Shown: positions 63,775 through 64,000 of the stretch, piece by piece
Position numbering within the stretch: the first letter of the stretch is position 1
How the letters are laid out: every line of letters starts with the position of its first letter
From: Octopus bimaculoides
Taxonomy: Eukaryota
Reading direction: 5' to 3'
Length of the DNA stretch: 64,000 nt
Assembly: GCF_001194135.2 (NCBI RefSeq)
Contig: NC_068989.1
Location: 52,478,872 to 52,542,871 of the forward strand
The notes under the pieces: generated by a model
Database searches by the model: none
What the model was told of the DNA's origin: nothing
What the model saw: only the letters and a program-made list of their open reading frames with translations
Program-made: the position numbers and the translations under genes

Positions 63775-64000
63775 GTACGTACATACATACATGCTGGTTG
63801 TCTACCCGTTAAACAGAGTTTGGCCACCTCCTGCACCTACACCTTAGCCCTTTCATGGTGTCTGATGTGGCTTTTTAAACCAGACAGTGTTTTGAAAAAA
63901 CACCCACACAGATTGCACCTCTGATTTGCAATACCAATACCTGCAAGTAAGTTCTGCTCATTGTGGTTCCTAACATGTCTTTTAAGACCCCCATTGGATT

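Overview
AT-rich, repeat-saturated eukaryotic (metazoan) scaffold segment. The SINE families and extreme microsatellite load look like an octopus/cephalopod genome, which is an inference from pattern recognition. There are 11 assembly gaps (541-550, 2023-2764, 4130-4413, 5391-6000, 8694-9451, 34278-34287, 39250-39740, 41191-41702, 45943-46475, 47229-47457, 55845-56186), nearly all abutting (TA)n. I found no convincing host protein-coding exon; almost all ORF-track entries are microsatellite or N-gap artefacts. Recognisable coding remnants are all transposon-derived: a Penelope GIY-YIG end, a full-length DD37D (maT-type) Tc1/mariner with TIRs and TA TSD, a second DD37D fragment, a DD34D mariner with TIRs, about four different R4/Dong-clade (restriction-like endonuclease) LINE pieces tied to microsatellites, and an L1/Tx1-like ORF1. 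There are also about 12 tRNA-derived SINE copies built from shuffled modules. The most unusual signals are (1) Penelope-type termini carrying minimal hammerhead-ribozyme-like motifs, with a covarying stem and a recurrent non-canonical core base, anchored on microsatellites; (2) a 1-kb TIR element with an 8-bp TSD that carries a telomere-like (CCCTAA) array; and (3) several long foldback or inverted structures.
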